Sequence record: NC_079184.1
DNA from: Escherichia phage vB_EcoM_DE15
Direction: 5' to 3' (one strand)
Length of the DNA: 53,998 nt
Both the position numbers and the translations under genes were made by a program. Positions 20,860-30,562 of the stretch are shown piece after piece. Positions within the stretch are counted from its first letter, which is position 1; each line of letters opens with the position of its first letter. The notes under the pieces are model-generated. The model saw only the letters and a list, made by a program, of their open reading frames with translations, was not told the DNA's origin and searched no databases.

Positions 20860-22794
20860 GTGTTGTATCCTTGGGAAAACATGTACGCCAGTGACATTGA
20901 AACAACTGGCCTGTTGGAGCAAATGCGTAAGCAAGCTGCACCACGTCTTCACAACATTGGATATATTGATGTTCTGACTCGTGAAGAAACTGTAATAGAG
21001 TGGACCGACAGAAAATCTATCCAAGCATTTCTGGATACAGGCCCAACATTAATCATGCACAACGGCGCAACCTTTGACTTTGAAGCACTGAGGTTCCTAG
21101 GCTACGACGTTTCAAAATGTACACTAATTGATACTTTGTTTATCAGTTGGTATCTGCAACCTCGTCGTGTTAAGCACGGCTTAGAAGGTTACGGCGAAGA
21201 GTTTGGTGTGCCAAAACCAGTCATTGAAGATTGGGAAAATCAAACTCAAGAAGAGTACAACCATCGTGTGATGGAAGACTGCAAGATTCAGTTGAAGCTG
21301 TGGGAACAGCAATACATTCAACTCTTGAAGATTTATAAATCTCCTAGCGAAGTTAAGCGCTTCGTTGAATATCTGATGACAAAAGCTCGTCAACAAGTTA
21401 TTCAACAACGTACTCGCTGGAAGCTGAACATTGAGAAGGCATTGGCGTTTAAGGCCAAGCTGGAGCCAATGATTAAAGAGAAGACGGACGCATTGGAAGC
21501 ATCAATGCCGCGTGTTCCGGAATACGTTATCAAAACCCGTCCAGCTAAATGCCACAAGATGAACGGGCAACTGTCTGCCACTGGAATTAAGTGGAAGGCC
21601 ATTTGTGATGCAAACGGTTTGGACTGGAAAGACCCAGACTTAGCTATCAAGGTTCTTAAAGGCTATAAGAAGCCTAATGCTGGTTCACATGTTCAAATTA
21701 AAGATTGGTTGTTCAGCTTAGGCTGGGAACCAGAAACCTTTAAGTTTGACCGTAATAAGGAAACAGGTGAAACTCGCCAGATTCCACAAATCACTGTGAA
21801 GGATGAGGATGGCAATCCTGAAATATGTCCGAGCTTGCATAAGCTGGCGGAAAGAAACCCCGACTCTGGTATTCAACATCTTATTGGGATGGGCGTGTAT
21901 AAACACCGTCTGTCTGTTGTTAATGGCTTCCTTCGCGACGTCGATGAAGATGGGTTCCTTACTGCACGATGCGGTGGCCTTACCAATACTTTACGCCTTA
22001 AACATCGCGAACTTGTTAACCTCCCTTCTATTCGTGTATTTGGCGGTGAAGAACTGCGTTCAATGTTGGAAGCGTGGCGCGAAGACTACGAACAGTTAGG
22101 CTCTGACTTGTGTTCTCTGGAAGACCGCTGTAAGCACCACTTCCAGTGGATGTATGACCCTGAATACGTTAAGAAGCAGTTGGCACCAGACTATGATGCT
22201 CACCTTGCAATTGGCGTGATTGGTGGATTCATTACTGAACAAGAATCCCAGGACCACAAGGACGGAATTAAGAAGTGTAAACAACGTCCAATGTTTAAGA
22301 CCACAAACTATGCTTGTCAGTATGGTGCTGGTGTACCAACTGTAGCTCGTTCTGCTGGCTGTGACCAGACTACTGCTGCACGACTGCATAAAGCATATTG
22401 GGACTTGAACTGGTCTATTAAAGAGATTGCTGCAAACACTAAAGTGGTAACAATTGATGGTCAGATGTGGCAACAGAATCCAGTAAACAAATTCTGGTAT
22501 TCACTGCGTACAGAGAAAGACCGCTTCTCCACATTGTGTCAGGGTACTGGTGCATATGTGTTTGATGTTTGGTGCAACAACATCATTGCAATTTGTAATG
22601 AACGTTGGGGCTGTGACCCACTTCTGTCCGGACAATTCCACGACGAATTGATTCTCCAAGTTAAGAAAGGTTTCCGTGATTTGTGGACGGACTTGCTTAA
22701 TGAGGCAATGGACCGAACCAACAAAGAACTTAAACTTAACCGTGATTGTGCATGTGATGTGCAGTTCGGTGATAACTACGCGGAGATTCACTGA
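20860..22794 (+). CDS. Family A DNA polymerase with 3'-5' exonuclease domain (644 aa)
   Basis: Exo I DIETTGL. Pol motifs LGSDLCSLEDR, KTTNYACQYGAG and QFHDEL. GTG start with GGAG at 20848-20851; alternative ATG at 20881. Confidence 0.9.
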   Translation: MLYPWENMYASDIETTGLLEQMRKQAAPRLHNIGYIDVLTREETVIEWTDRKSIQAFLDTGPTLIMHNGATFDFEALRFLGYDVSKCTLIDTLFISWYLQPRRVKHGLEGYGEEFGVPKPVIEDWENQTQEEYNHRVMEDCKIQLKLWEQQYIQLLKIYKSPSEVKRFVEYLMTKARQQVIQQRTRWKLNIEKALAFKAKLEPMIKEKTDALEASMPRVPEYVIKTRPAKCHKMNGQLSATGIKWKAICDANGLDWKDPDLAIKVLKGYKKPNAGSHVQIKDWLFSLGWEPETFKFDRNKETGETRQIPQITVKDEDGNPEICPSLHKLAERNPDSGIQHLIGMGVYKHRLSVVNGFLRDVDEDGFLTARCGGLTNTLRLKHRELVNLPSIRVFGGEELRSMLEAWREDYEQLGSDLCSLEDRCKHHFQWMYDPEYVKKQLAPDYDAHLAIGVIGGFITEQESQDHKDGIKKCKQRPMFKTTNYACQYGAGVPTVARSAGCDQTTAARLHKAYWDLNWSIKEIAANTKVVTIDGQMWQQNPVNKFWYSLRTEKDRFSTLCQGTGAYVFDVWCNNIIAICNERWGCDPLLSGQFHDELILQVKKGFRDLWTDLLNEAMDRTNKELKLNRDCACDVQFGDNYAEIH

Positions 22795-23039
22795 TGCGTG
22801 TTCTGGCAGTATACGACCTTCATGGTCAACAACTTTATCAAGCGGCTGGAGATGTTCCGGCCACAGAATTGGCGTTGTCTTTAGTTGAGATGCACGCTTT
22901 GGCATTATTTGGTGATGGGTTTACAGACAACTCTGTCTATAAAGCCACAATTAAATCGTTGAAGGAATCAAAAGATTTCTCCGACACTCAATCAATCCTG
23001 TCCAGCGTGGATATGGATTCTCACATTATTGAAATTTAA
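22794..23039 (+). CDS. Hypothetical protein (81 aa)
   Basis: ATG overlapping the polymerase stop. Confidence 0.55.
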   Translation: MRVLAVYDLHGQQLYQAAGDVPATELALSLVEMHALALFGDGFTDNSVYKATIKSLKESKDFSDTQSILSSVDMDSHIIEI

Positions 23040-23050
23040 AGGTACTCAAA

Positions 23051-23917
23051 ATGGCATTTGCTGCTCCTACACTGGCCTCGAACAAGACTCCTTCTGCTGC
23101 ACCATTACTGGAAGCGGGTGGTTATCCTGCTCGTGTTTGCCGTATTATCGACCTGGGCTTACAGCCTGGTTCTGCTAAATATCCTACTCCGTCCCTGAAA
23201 CTTCTGGTGACTTTCGAACTGCTCGACGAGTACATGAAAGAAGTTGACGGTGAGGGCAAAATGGTCATGGTTCAAGACCCAGACGAAGATGACGGCATCA
23301 TGATGGCGAAGAATCTTGAAGACAAGCCGCGTTGGTTTGACTTTGAGTTTACCTATAATGCTGACGGCTTCATGGGTGAGAACTCCCACATCTACAAATT
23401 CGCTAAGGCGATTGATGCACTGGAAGTTAAACCTAACCTGGAACAAGGCATTCAGGGCCATCCTGCCAAGAACCTGCCGGACTGGTTGGGCGAACCTCTG
23501 ATTGTTGGCATTGTTCAATATACCAAGCAGTCAGGTAAGAATGCTGGTCAGGTTGCGAACAAAGTTGCTACCTTCTCCCCGATGAAGTCTAAAGAGAAGA
23601 AAGAAGCTAAAGCCCTGGTTAACCCGACTGTCTTCTTTGACATGTCCGAGCCGGACTTAGAAGTATTCAACAAACTGCCAGGTGGCGAATCTCCGTATGC
23701 AATCAAGAACCGTATTACTTCCGGTGTTGATTTCTACAAGACTAAGCTGTCTGCACTGTTAGGCGGTAAACCTGCCGATGAAGGTGCTGTACCGAATCAG
23801 GCCTCTGATGAAGAAGTTGATGCAGCTATGAAAGCTGAACTGGAAGCACAGGCTGCTGCAAAAGCACAGCGTGAAGCGGAAGGTGGTGCTGCTGGCGGTA
23901 CGGGTATGCCGTTCTAA
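23051..23917 (+). CDS. Putative ssDNA-binding protein (gp2.5/DUF669-like from memory), 288 aa
   Basis: Strong codon bias. Acidic/Ala-rich C-terminal region ending in MPF. Located between the polymerase and the exonuclease. Confidence 0.55.
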   Translation: MAFAAPTLASNKTPSAAPLLEAGGYPARVCRIIDLGLQPGSAKYPTPSLKLLVTFELLDEYMKEVDGEGKMVMVQDPDEDDGIMMAKNLEDKPRWFDFEFTYNADGFMGENSHIYKFAKAIDALEVKPNLEQGIQGHPAKNLPDWLGEPLIVGIVQYTKQSGKNAGQVANKVATFSPMKSKEKKEAKALVNPTVFFDMSEPDLEVFNKLPGGESPYAIKNRITSGVDFYKTKLSALLGGKPADEGAVPNQASDEEVDAAMKAELEAQAAAKAQREAEGGAAGGTGMPF

Positions 23918-23927
23918 TTATAAATAT

Positions 23928-23951
23928 GGCTCCTTCGGGAGCCTTTAATTT
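23928..23951 (+). terminator. Intrinsic terminator-like hairpin GGCTCC-TTCG-GGAGCC plus TTTAATTT
   Basis: Perfect 6-bp GC-rich stem with a UUCG loop, directly after the highly expressed gene. Confidence 0.6.
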
Positions 23952-23964
23952 GGAGCTTACCAAA

Positions 23965-24987
23965 GTGAGTAAGAAACGAGTTTTGTTGCTGGTTGACGGC
24001 GACATGGTTGCATTCAGTCACTGTGCTGCTGAGGAATACGGCAAAGATTCAGAAGATATTAACTTTGCTAAGATTCAAATGTCAATGGATTCCAAGATGG
24101 AATTCCTTGCGAAACGTGTAGGAGCTACAGAAGTAGTTACCTGCATTTCACCATCCAAAACATTCCGTAACGTTCTCGCCGAGAATTACAAAGGCAATCG
24201 TGATGACGTATGGCGACCAGAAAACTTGAAGAATGCGAAAGCACATCTTATGGTTGCCTGGAACGGTGTATGGATGAAAGGTCTGGAAGCAGATGACCTT
24301 CTTGCTGTATTCGCACGTCATGAATACGAAATGACAATGGGTAAACGTAATGAGATTAAGAGCCTCAAGCGCATTGGTCCTTGCACATATGATGAAGTCT
24401 GGATTGCGTCGTTGGACAAAGACTTGCGACAAATCGGGCAGAACGGTAGTGTTGGTCCAGTAATTAAACATTATCAATGGGAACGAGAAACCCAGGGTAT
24501 TGGTGAGAAGGTTGTAACTCCGAAGGATTACGGCGAACTCAAACTAATCATCAAGGACAATGGCAAGTCGAAGAAGAAAGAAGTTAAGGGCAATGGCCCT
24601 AAATTCTTCTTGCATCAATTGCTTATTGGCGACTCAACGGATAACGTTATGGGTTGCGGAGTTCTTGAAGAAAGAATTTACAAAACTGGTGCCAAAGCCG
24701 GAGAAACTTATTTCCGTCGTGATGGCATTGGTGCAGTTGCTTCATTCGAAATGCTGGATGGTACAACATCCTATGCAGAAGGTTTGAAGAAAGTTATTGG
24801 TGCATACATTATGCGCTTCGGAGATGGTTGGGAACAAGAGCTGCTCAAAGTGGGCCGTCTTGTTTACATGCACCATCAAATTGAAAAGGGTAATTGTGTT
24901 CGCTTGTGGCATTACAAGAACATTAACGAATACTTTGACCTTAAAGAGAATCGTATCCTCACTCAAGAAGAGTACCTCCAGAAATAA
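23965..24987 (+). CDS. 5'-3' exonuclease / flap endonuclease (340 aa from GTG 23965; 353 aa if ATG 23926)
   Basis: LLLVDGDM and GDSTDNVMG motifs. GGAG 9 nt upstream of the GTG. ATG 23926 would place the terminator hairpin inside the ORF. Confidence 0.8.
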   Translation: MSKKRVLLLVDGDMVAFSHCAAEEYGKDSEDINFAKIQMSMDSKMEFLAKRVGATEVVTCISPSKTFRNVLAENYKGNRDDVWRPENLKNAKAHLMVAWNGVWMKGLEADDLLAVFARHEYEMTMGKRNEIKSLKRIGPCTYDEVWIASLDKDLRQIGQNGSVGPVIKHYQWERETQGIGEKVVTPKDYGELKLIIKDNGKSKKKEVKGNGPKFFLHQLLIGDSTDNVMGCGVLEERIYKTGAKAGETYFRRDGIGAVASFEMLDGTTSYAEGLKKVIGAYIMRFGDGWEQELLKVGRLVYMHHQIEKGNCVRLWHYKNINEYFDLKENRILTQEEYLQK

Positions 24988-24998
24988 TTGGAGTTGGA

Positions 24999-25523
24999 AT
25001 GGCTTACGGTTATTGTGGAACGGAAGCCAAGTTTGTATCTTGGCTCCAATCTGCTATTCGAAGTGTTTGGTCTAAACACCCAAGCAAACTTGCGCTAATA
25101 CAATCTCGACGCATTGCATTGAAGGTCGGTGACTCAAAGAAACCAATCTTCCACATTCAATGTTACCATTGCAAGAAGTTGTATAAGCTCAAAGAGATTG
25201 AAGTAAACCACAAAGTTCAAGTTGGTGGCCTCCTTAAATTGGAAGACCTGCACCGCTTTGTGGACAACCTTCTACTGGTTCAGCCAGAAGATTTGGAATT
25301 GCTGTGTAAAGATTGTCACGGCATTATCACATACATGGAACGATATGGTGTATCACGTCGTGATGCAGTCATTGAGAAGAAGTGTATTGCGTTTGCCAAA
25401 TTGTCTGACGAAGAGCAAATTGCCAAGTGCAATCTTGCTAAAATAGAGCCAGTTCCTAAAACCAAAATCGGACGCAAGAATGCTGTTCGAGAATACCTGA
25501 GAAAGAATCTTAATGTCTATTAA
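24999..25523 (+). CDS. HNH-type nuclease (174 aa)
   Basis: CYHC...EVNH...N...CKDCH arrangement. RBS GGAG upstream. Confidence 0.6.
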   Translation: MAYGYCGTEAKFVSWLQSAIRSVWSKHPSKLALIQSRRIALKVGDSKKPIFHIQCYHCKKLYKLKEIEVNHKVQVGGLLKLEDLHRFVDNLLLVQPEDLELLCKDCHGIITYMERYGVSRRDAVIEKKCIAFAKLSDEEQIAKCNLAKIEPVPKTKIGRKNAVREYLRKNLNVY

Positions 25524-26268
25524 GCTCCTCGATGATGGTACAAAATACACAAAGGCTCACGCACATGATTGGGAAGACCCAGACTGCCGTATCAAAGGGC
25601 GCTGTGAACTCTTCATCAAGATTGACGGAATTCGAGCTATCCGTAATAAATCAGGTAGTGTCTGGAGTCGTAATTCCAAACCCCTACCTCATTTGGACCA
25701 CTTACAGTTCAGAGATGCTGAGATATTCCGTAATAGTTGGAATGAGACTTCTAGCATCCTCGGACGTATTGACCCGCCAAGCATCCCTCTAACCCAGGAC
25801 AATGTGTATGAGCTTAGTGATGGTGCTGTTGACCCACGCTTGTACATCGGCTGGTGCAAAGACCCAAGCAATGAAAACCTTAAGGCATTGATGGATAAAT
25901 ATCTGGCGCTTGGTCATGAAGGTATCATTGTCCGTGATGCAAAAGGTAAATGGTGGAAGATTGTACCATATAAATATGCCGATGTGAAGATTACTGGCAT
26001 GAAAGAAGGTACTGGTGCTCTTAAAGGTATGTGTGGTTCTATCTCCTCGAACTACGGCAGTGCTGGCTCAATGGTGAAAGATTGTCTGGCAGACCACGGT
26101 ATTCCAGAATCTAACACATTGATTCGTAAGTGGTTGTGGGAACATCGCCACGAGCTAATTGGTTCGATTATGCAAGTTCGATATCGTGAGAAGACAGAAG
26201 CTGGCAAGTTCCGGTTCCCGTCACTCGTTCGTTTACGTGCAGACAAAAGTGAGGAAAGTTTTGATTAA
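25513..26268 (+). CDS. Minimal ATP-dependent DNA ligase (251 aa)
   Basis: Motif I KIDGIR, motif IV EGIIVR, motif V WWKIVP, and a C-terminal RFPSLVRLRADK. Confidence 0.8.
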   Translation: MSIKLLDDGTKYTKAHAHDWEDPDCRIKGRCELFIKIDGIRAIRNKSGSVWSRNSKPLPHLDHLQFRDAEIFRNSWNETSSILGRIDPPSIPLTQDNVYELSDGAVDPRLYIGWCKDPSNENLKALMDKYLALGHEGIIVRDAKGKWWKIVPYKYADVKITGMKEGTGALKGMCGSISSNYGSAGSMVKDCLADHGIPESNTLIRKWLWEHRHELIGSIMQVRYREKTEAGKFRFPSLVRLRADKSEESFD

Positions 26269-26887
26269 GCGATTAGCTGTTATTCTCAATGGACCTCCTG
26301 GCTGCGGTAAAGACACCATTGCAAATAAGATTGTTGCTGCCGAGGAACCTTACTTTCTTGGCAGACGCAAATTCATTAAACACCAGTTTAAGGATGCACT
26401 GTATGAGCATACTGCCAAACACTTTCAAGTTGATGTGGACAAGTTTATCCACTACGCTTCGGACCGTGACCTCAAAGACTCTATCTCCCTTGCAGGTCTT
26501 GGTGGCAGAACACCTCGTCAGGCTCTTATTCACGTTAGCGAAGATGTGTATAAACCTCGCCACGGACAAGACTACTTCGGTAAGGTTGAAGCTGCTCGTG
26601 TTGAAGAACTCGCGGGGCGTATGGGTGGCATTATTAATGTCATTTATCCCGATGGCGGTTTTGGTGATGAAGTCGTTGCCATTGAGTCTGCTTATGATTT
26701 TGTCCTCATTGTGCGTTTGCATCGTGATGGTTTTGATTTCAAGGGCGATTCTCGCAGATACATCGAACTCCCAAACACACCTACCCGCGTAACAGTGGAT
26801 GAACATCTAATTGATGGTAAAGTGGGTGATTCTGTATTCAAAGTGTTCAACTGGATTGAGCGCGTAACTCATCAAGTAGAGAAATAA
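26261..26887 (+). CDS. P-loop nucleotide kinase (dNMP kinase-like), about 208 aa
   Basis: Walker A GPPGCGKDT. TTG start after GAGGAAAG. In frame with track ORF 26159-26887. Confidence 0.6.
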   Translation: MIKRLAVILNGPPGCGKDTIANKIVAAEEPYFLGRRKFIKHQFKDALYEHTAKHFQVDVDKFIHYASDRDLKDSISLAGLGGRTPRQALIHVSEDVYKPRHGQDYFGKVEAARVEELAGRMGGIINVIYPDGGFGDEVVAIESAYDFVLIVRLHRDGFDFKGDSRRYIELPNTPTRVTVDEHLIDGKVGDSVFKVFNWIERVTHQVEK

Positions 26888-26889
26888 TC

Positions 26890-27495
26890 ATGTCTTGTAT
26901 GACTCAAGTTGTTGCTGTAAAGCGAGTGCATCCTAATGCGAAATTACCTGTGTACGCTACTGCTGGCGCTGCTGCTGCTGACGTTTGCACTATCTCCAAC
27001 AGCACTGTTGTTATCAATCCCGGCTGCTCTGCTGTTTTCGATACTGGCCTCCAGTTCGAGGTTCCAATTGGATACGAACTCAAAGTGCATAGCCGTTCTG
27101 GTCATGGCTTTAAGTCTGGTATTCGCCTGGCAAACTGTACAGGGATTCTGGACTCCGATTATCGTGGTAATCTTATGGTTAAGCTGCACAACGATTCGGA
27201 CACAGCCTTTGTGGTTCAGCCAGGTGAACGTATTTGTCAGGTGCAAGTTAGTAAAGCTACTCAACACCATTTCGTCGAAGTTGACCGCCTGAATGCAACT
27301 GGTCGTGGTGAAGGTGGATTTGGTTCTACTGGACGTGTAGAAGTTGGTGAGCATGGCAACAGTCGTGTAGCACCTGGCAGCTACGACCCAAGTATTACTG
27401 TGCCGTCGAATGGTTCACACTCACACATCATCACTGGCCCAAGTGGAGTCTACGACGTAGGAACTCCAACCCACAACCCCAACATTACCAAGTAA
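26890..27495 (+). CDS. dut: dUTPase with ~50-aa C-terminal extension (201 aa)
   Basis: Motifs AGAAAADV, SRSGHG, GILDSDYRGNLMV, GERICQ and RGEGGFGSTG. Confidence 0.85.
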   Translation: MSCMTQVVAVKRVHPNAKLPVYATAGAAAADVCTISNSTVVINPGCSAVFDTGLQFEVPIGYELKVHSRSGHGFKSGIRLANCTGILDSDYRGNLMVKLHNDSDTAFVVQPGERICQVQVSKATQHHFVEVDRLNATGRGEGGFGSTGRVEVGEHGNSRVAPGSYDPSITVPSNGSHSHIITGPSGVYDVGTPTHNPNITK

Positions 27496-27514
27496 TGTAC
27501 CTCATGGAGCATCC

Positions 27515-27721
27515 ATGTTAGAACAGTTGGAAGAACTTCTTTCACATCTTAATGCGGAAGATAACGAAATGGCCTTAGAGTTTAAGGCCAAGTTGAAACA
27601 ACTCCAGGATAAAGCAGACAAAGATGCCTTGTGGCGTGAGTGTCTGGTATCCGGTGGAGTTGATAATTGGTCCTGGTATTCCGAATCCCTTCAGGAGTAT
27701 TGGGACACCTACGGCTATTAA
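27515..27721 (+). CDS. Hypothetical protein (68 aa)
   Basis: RBS GGAG at 27506-27509. Confidence 0.6.
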   Translation: MLEQLEELLSHLNAEDNEMALEFKAKLKQLQDKADKDALWRECLVSGGVDNWSWYSESLQEYWDTYGY

Positions 27722-27738
27722 TCTGGAACCTATCTGAA

Positions 27739-28068
27739 ATGAAACTGTCCTCACCTGTTGTAGTAAATAACCGCAAAGTTAAGTTTGCATATCTCAAGTC
27801 CAACGTTACCTCCACTGGTGGCGGGACTTATCTCACCCGTGCACTTGCAGTTCGCAATGAAACAGGTGCGGATGTTATCGTTTTCATGCTTCCTCATGGT
27901 GAGAACACAATCAAGAACGTCGAACGTATCAAGCGTGGGCGCGAAGATTTAATGTCGGCTGTTAAGCCGCTGATACTGCCATTTAAGATTGTGGTGGTTG
28001 TTGGTTCTACCCAAGCATATCTTGAAGATTTCTATAAAGATATGGCCTGGAGCGATATTAAATATTAA
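27739..28068 (+). CDS. Hypothetical protein (109 aa)
   Basis: ATG at 27739, in frame with track ORF 27667-28068. Confidence 0.55.
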   Translation: MKLSSPVVVNNRKVKFAYLKSNVTSTGGGTYLTRALAVRNETGADVIVFMLPHGENTIKNVERIKRGREDLMSAVKPLILPFKIVVVVGSTQAYLEDFYKDMAWSDIKY

Positions 28069-28084
28069 GCGACACGCATAATTA

Positions 28085-28113
28085 GGGAGGCTATCTGGCC
28101 TCCTATCTTATTC
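28085..28113 (+). terminator. Hairpin GGAGGC-TATCTG-GCCTCC plus T-rich tail
   Basis: 6-7-bp stem, followed by TATCTTATT. Confidence 0.45.
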
Positions 28114-28123
28114 GGAGTCGCTT

Positions 28124-28309
28124 ATGCGCACAATACAATGTCCTAACTGCCATTATGAAATTGCAGAAGATGATTTCATAACGCAACAATGTCCTATCTG
28201 TGATTCATATATGCCACTAAACCGCCTGTATTTAAAGGCCGATTCTGGTTTAGGCAGCATCATTCGCATCAATCCCGTGCAAACTCAGCCATTAGTGGAT
28301 TGTGATTAA
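28124..28309 (+). CDS. Small zinc-ribbon protein (61 aa)
   Basis: CPNCHY and CPICDS pairs. RBS GGAG at 28113-28116. Lies directly upstream of the terminase gene. Confidence 0.6.
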   Translation: MRTIQCPNCHYEIAEDDFITQQCPICDSYMPLNRLYLKADSGLGSIIRINPVQTQPLVDCD

Positions 28310-30347
28310 AAACAAAGAGAACGAATCAATGTCAAAGACTGATGACCTCGGACCGGAGTTTAATGATACAGTAGCCTCGTATCTTGCCAAGCACTACGGT
28401 GACGTATTAAAAGTCTCAAGAGAAAGATTCTGTATTCTATCTTTGCCATTGCTCCGTCGATATATTTCAGAAAATACTGCAATAGTTGACAGCTATGAAG
28501 AACAAATTCAAGCAGAGTTAGAAGGCCAGGGTCTTGAAAACGATGCTGTATTGCGTTCCGTTTTCAGAGCACAACTTGAGCGTCTTCGCTCTGGCGACAA
28601 GAAAGACTCAACTGCCTATGCAGACGAGTTGAAGAAAGGTATTCAAGCTGGTGTTACTGACCGTGTTGTGGGTTCTACTTTGGAAGAGCCAAACTCGGAA
28701 TACGATAACACCGATGAACTCGTAGACAAGATTCTGCACGACCCACATAACGTGGACCCAACTGTAATCCCTGCCAAGGTTGCAGAACGTGTTCGCAAAA
28801 TCTTGATGAAAAGTTTCGAAGCCTTTGGTAAATGGCAGTTCCATATCCAGATGGGATTTCCATTTCAAGCACAAGACTTTCACGATGTGATATTTAACGT
28901 TGGGCAAAAGGTTGTTGATGGTGAGATTGACCGCTTAATAGTGACCATTCCTCCACGACACTCTAAGACCCAGCTTATGAGTATTGCATTGCCCTTGTAT
29001 TCATTTTGCCACAATGAATCAAGTCACAACATTATCACCTCGTATGCAGAAGACGTTGTTCTTGAATCGAGTGGTTACATCCGTGCTGTAATGATGGACC
29101 CACTGTTCCAACGCATATTTCCGAAGGTGAGAATCGACCCCAACAAACGTTCACTTGAGCGTTGGGGTACAACCAAAGCTGGAGTTATGCACGCAGTACC
29201 TACTGGTGGTAAGCTAACTGGTAAAGGTGCTGGTCTTCTTGTTGCAAAATACTCCGGCTGTTTCGTGGTGGATGACGTTATCAAACCGAAAGATGCTTAC
29301 TCTGACACAGTTCGAGCAGAAATCAACGACCGATTTGATAACACCTTTATGTCCCGTCTTGCCAACGATGGTTGCATAACTGATTCATACGGAAACCAAA
29401 TTAAGTGTGCCCGTACACCAATGGTTATCATCATGCAGCGAGTTCATGACCAGGATTTAGTTGGTTACATACTCCGTGGTGGCTCTTCCGACAAATACCA
29501 TTATCTCAATATCCCAGCGATTATTGAGAAAGGTGTTGGAAGTGCTGAGTGGTATGATAAGTTAATCAAGAAGCAGAACTACACTCATGCTATTCCCATT
29601 CTGTATAATTTGAACAGGAAGGAAGAGAAGTCTGCATTATGGCCTTCACGTAAGAGTTTAGAATCTCTGGAGGCAATGAAAGAGTCTAACCCATACACAT
29701 ACAATTCACAGTATGCTGGCGACCCATCTGCACAAGGCCACGGCCTTATCAAAGAAGATTGGTGGCAAGAGTATGAACCAGACGTTTTCGACAGAAGTCG
29801 CATAGTCAGAAGTTTTATCACAGCGGATACGGCATCAACTGCCAAATCTTATTCTGATTATTCGGTCCTTAAGCATTGGGGCGTGACTAAAGAGCGTGAT
29901 GTTTATTGTTTAGATATTATGCTCGGTAAGTTTGAAACTCCAGAACTCAAGACTGCTATTATCGACTTCTGGAACAAATGCAACAAGTTGGACTTGAAAT
30001 GTGTAGGTTGTATTCCTCGTGCATTGTACATGGAAGACAAGTCTGCTGGACAATTCTTGAACCAACAATTCATTAGAGATGGGAGTGTCCGAGTTTTACC
30101 ACTGCCTCGTGATGGCATTAATGGTAATGACAAGGTAACTCGATTCCTTAACGCAATCCCATATTTCTCGCAAAAGAGAATATTCTTCCCTGCTGGTCAT
30201 GAACACATTGACCACGTTAGACGTGAAATACTTGGATTCACTTCTTTGGGTAGTGGTACTGGACACGACGATTGCGTCGATAACGTTTCAGATATGGTTG
30301 CAATCGAATTCTCTGGCCCAAGTGCCAACTACTCCGCATGGATGTAA
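28302..30347 (+). CDS. terL: Terminase large subunit (681 aa; alternative ATG at 28329)
   Basis: Size and position before the portal gene. ATPase-like VVDDVIKP and nuclease-like DTAS / HDDCVD segments. Confidence 0.8.
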   Translation: MIKNKENESMSKTDDLGPEFNDTVASYLAKHYGDVLKVSRERFCILSLPLLRRYISENTAIVDSYEEQIQAELEGQGLENDAVLRSVFRAQLERLRSGDKKDSTAYADELKKGIQAGVTDRVVGSTLEEPNSEYDNTDELVDKILHDPHNVDPTVIPAKVAERVRKILMKSFEAFGKWQFHIQMGFPFQAQDFHDVIFNVGQKVVDGEIDRLIVTIPPRHSKTQLMSIALPLYSFCHNESSHNIITSYAEDVVLESSGYIRAVMMDPLFQRIFPKVRIDPNKRSLERWGTTKAGVMHAVPTGGKLTGKGAGLLVAKYSGCFVVDDVIKPKDAYSDTVRAEINDRFDNTFMSRLANDGCITDSYGNQIKCARTPMVIIMQRVHDQDLVGYILRGGSSDKYHYLNIPAIIEKGVGSAEWYDKLIKKQNYTHAIPILYNLNRKEEKSALWPSRKSLESLEAMKESNPYTYNSQYAGDPSAQGHGLIKEDWWQEYEPDVFDRSRIVRSFITADTASTAKSYSDYSVLKHWGVTKERDVYCLDIMLGKFETPELKTAIIDFWNKCNKLDLKCVGCIPRALYMEDKSAGQFLNQQFIRDGSVRVLPLPRDGINGNDKVTRFLNAIPYFSQKRIFFPAGHEHIDHVRREILGFTSLGSGTGHDDCVDNVSDMVAIEFSGPSANYSAWM

Positions 30348-30562
30348 ATATGGCGGTTATCACTCGATTAGATGCCCGCTCACGCAAGAACAATTCCTTC
30401 CAGATTCAAGATTTGGAAGGAAACATTTTGTGTGTGATTGAGGCAGTTTCTACCACAGAGAGCGACTGTGTTAAGTTAAAGCACGAGTCAAATCTGCGAC
30501 TCCACACCTCCGACAACATTCAAATTGTTAAGGGTAATGGAACTATTCTAAGGAAGAAATAA
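30338..30562 (+). CDS. Hypothetical protein (74 aa; alternative start at 30350)
   Basis: ORF between the terminase and portal genes. Confidence 0.5.
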   Translation: MDVNMAVITRLDARSRKNNSFQIQDLEGNILCVIEAVSTTESDCVKLKHESNLRLHTSDNIQIVKGNGTILRKK

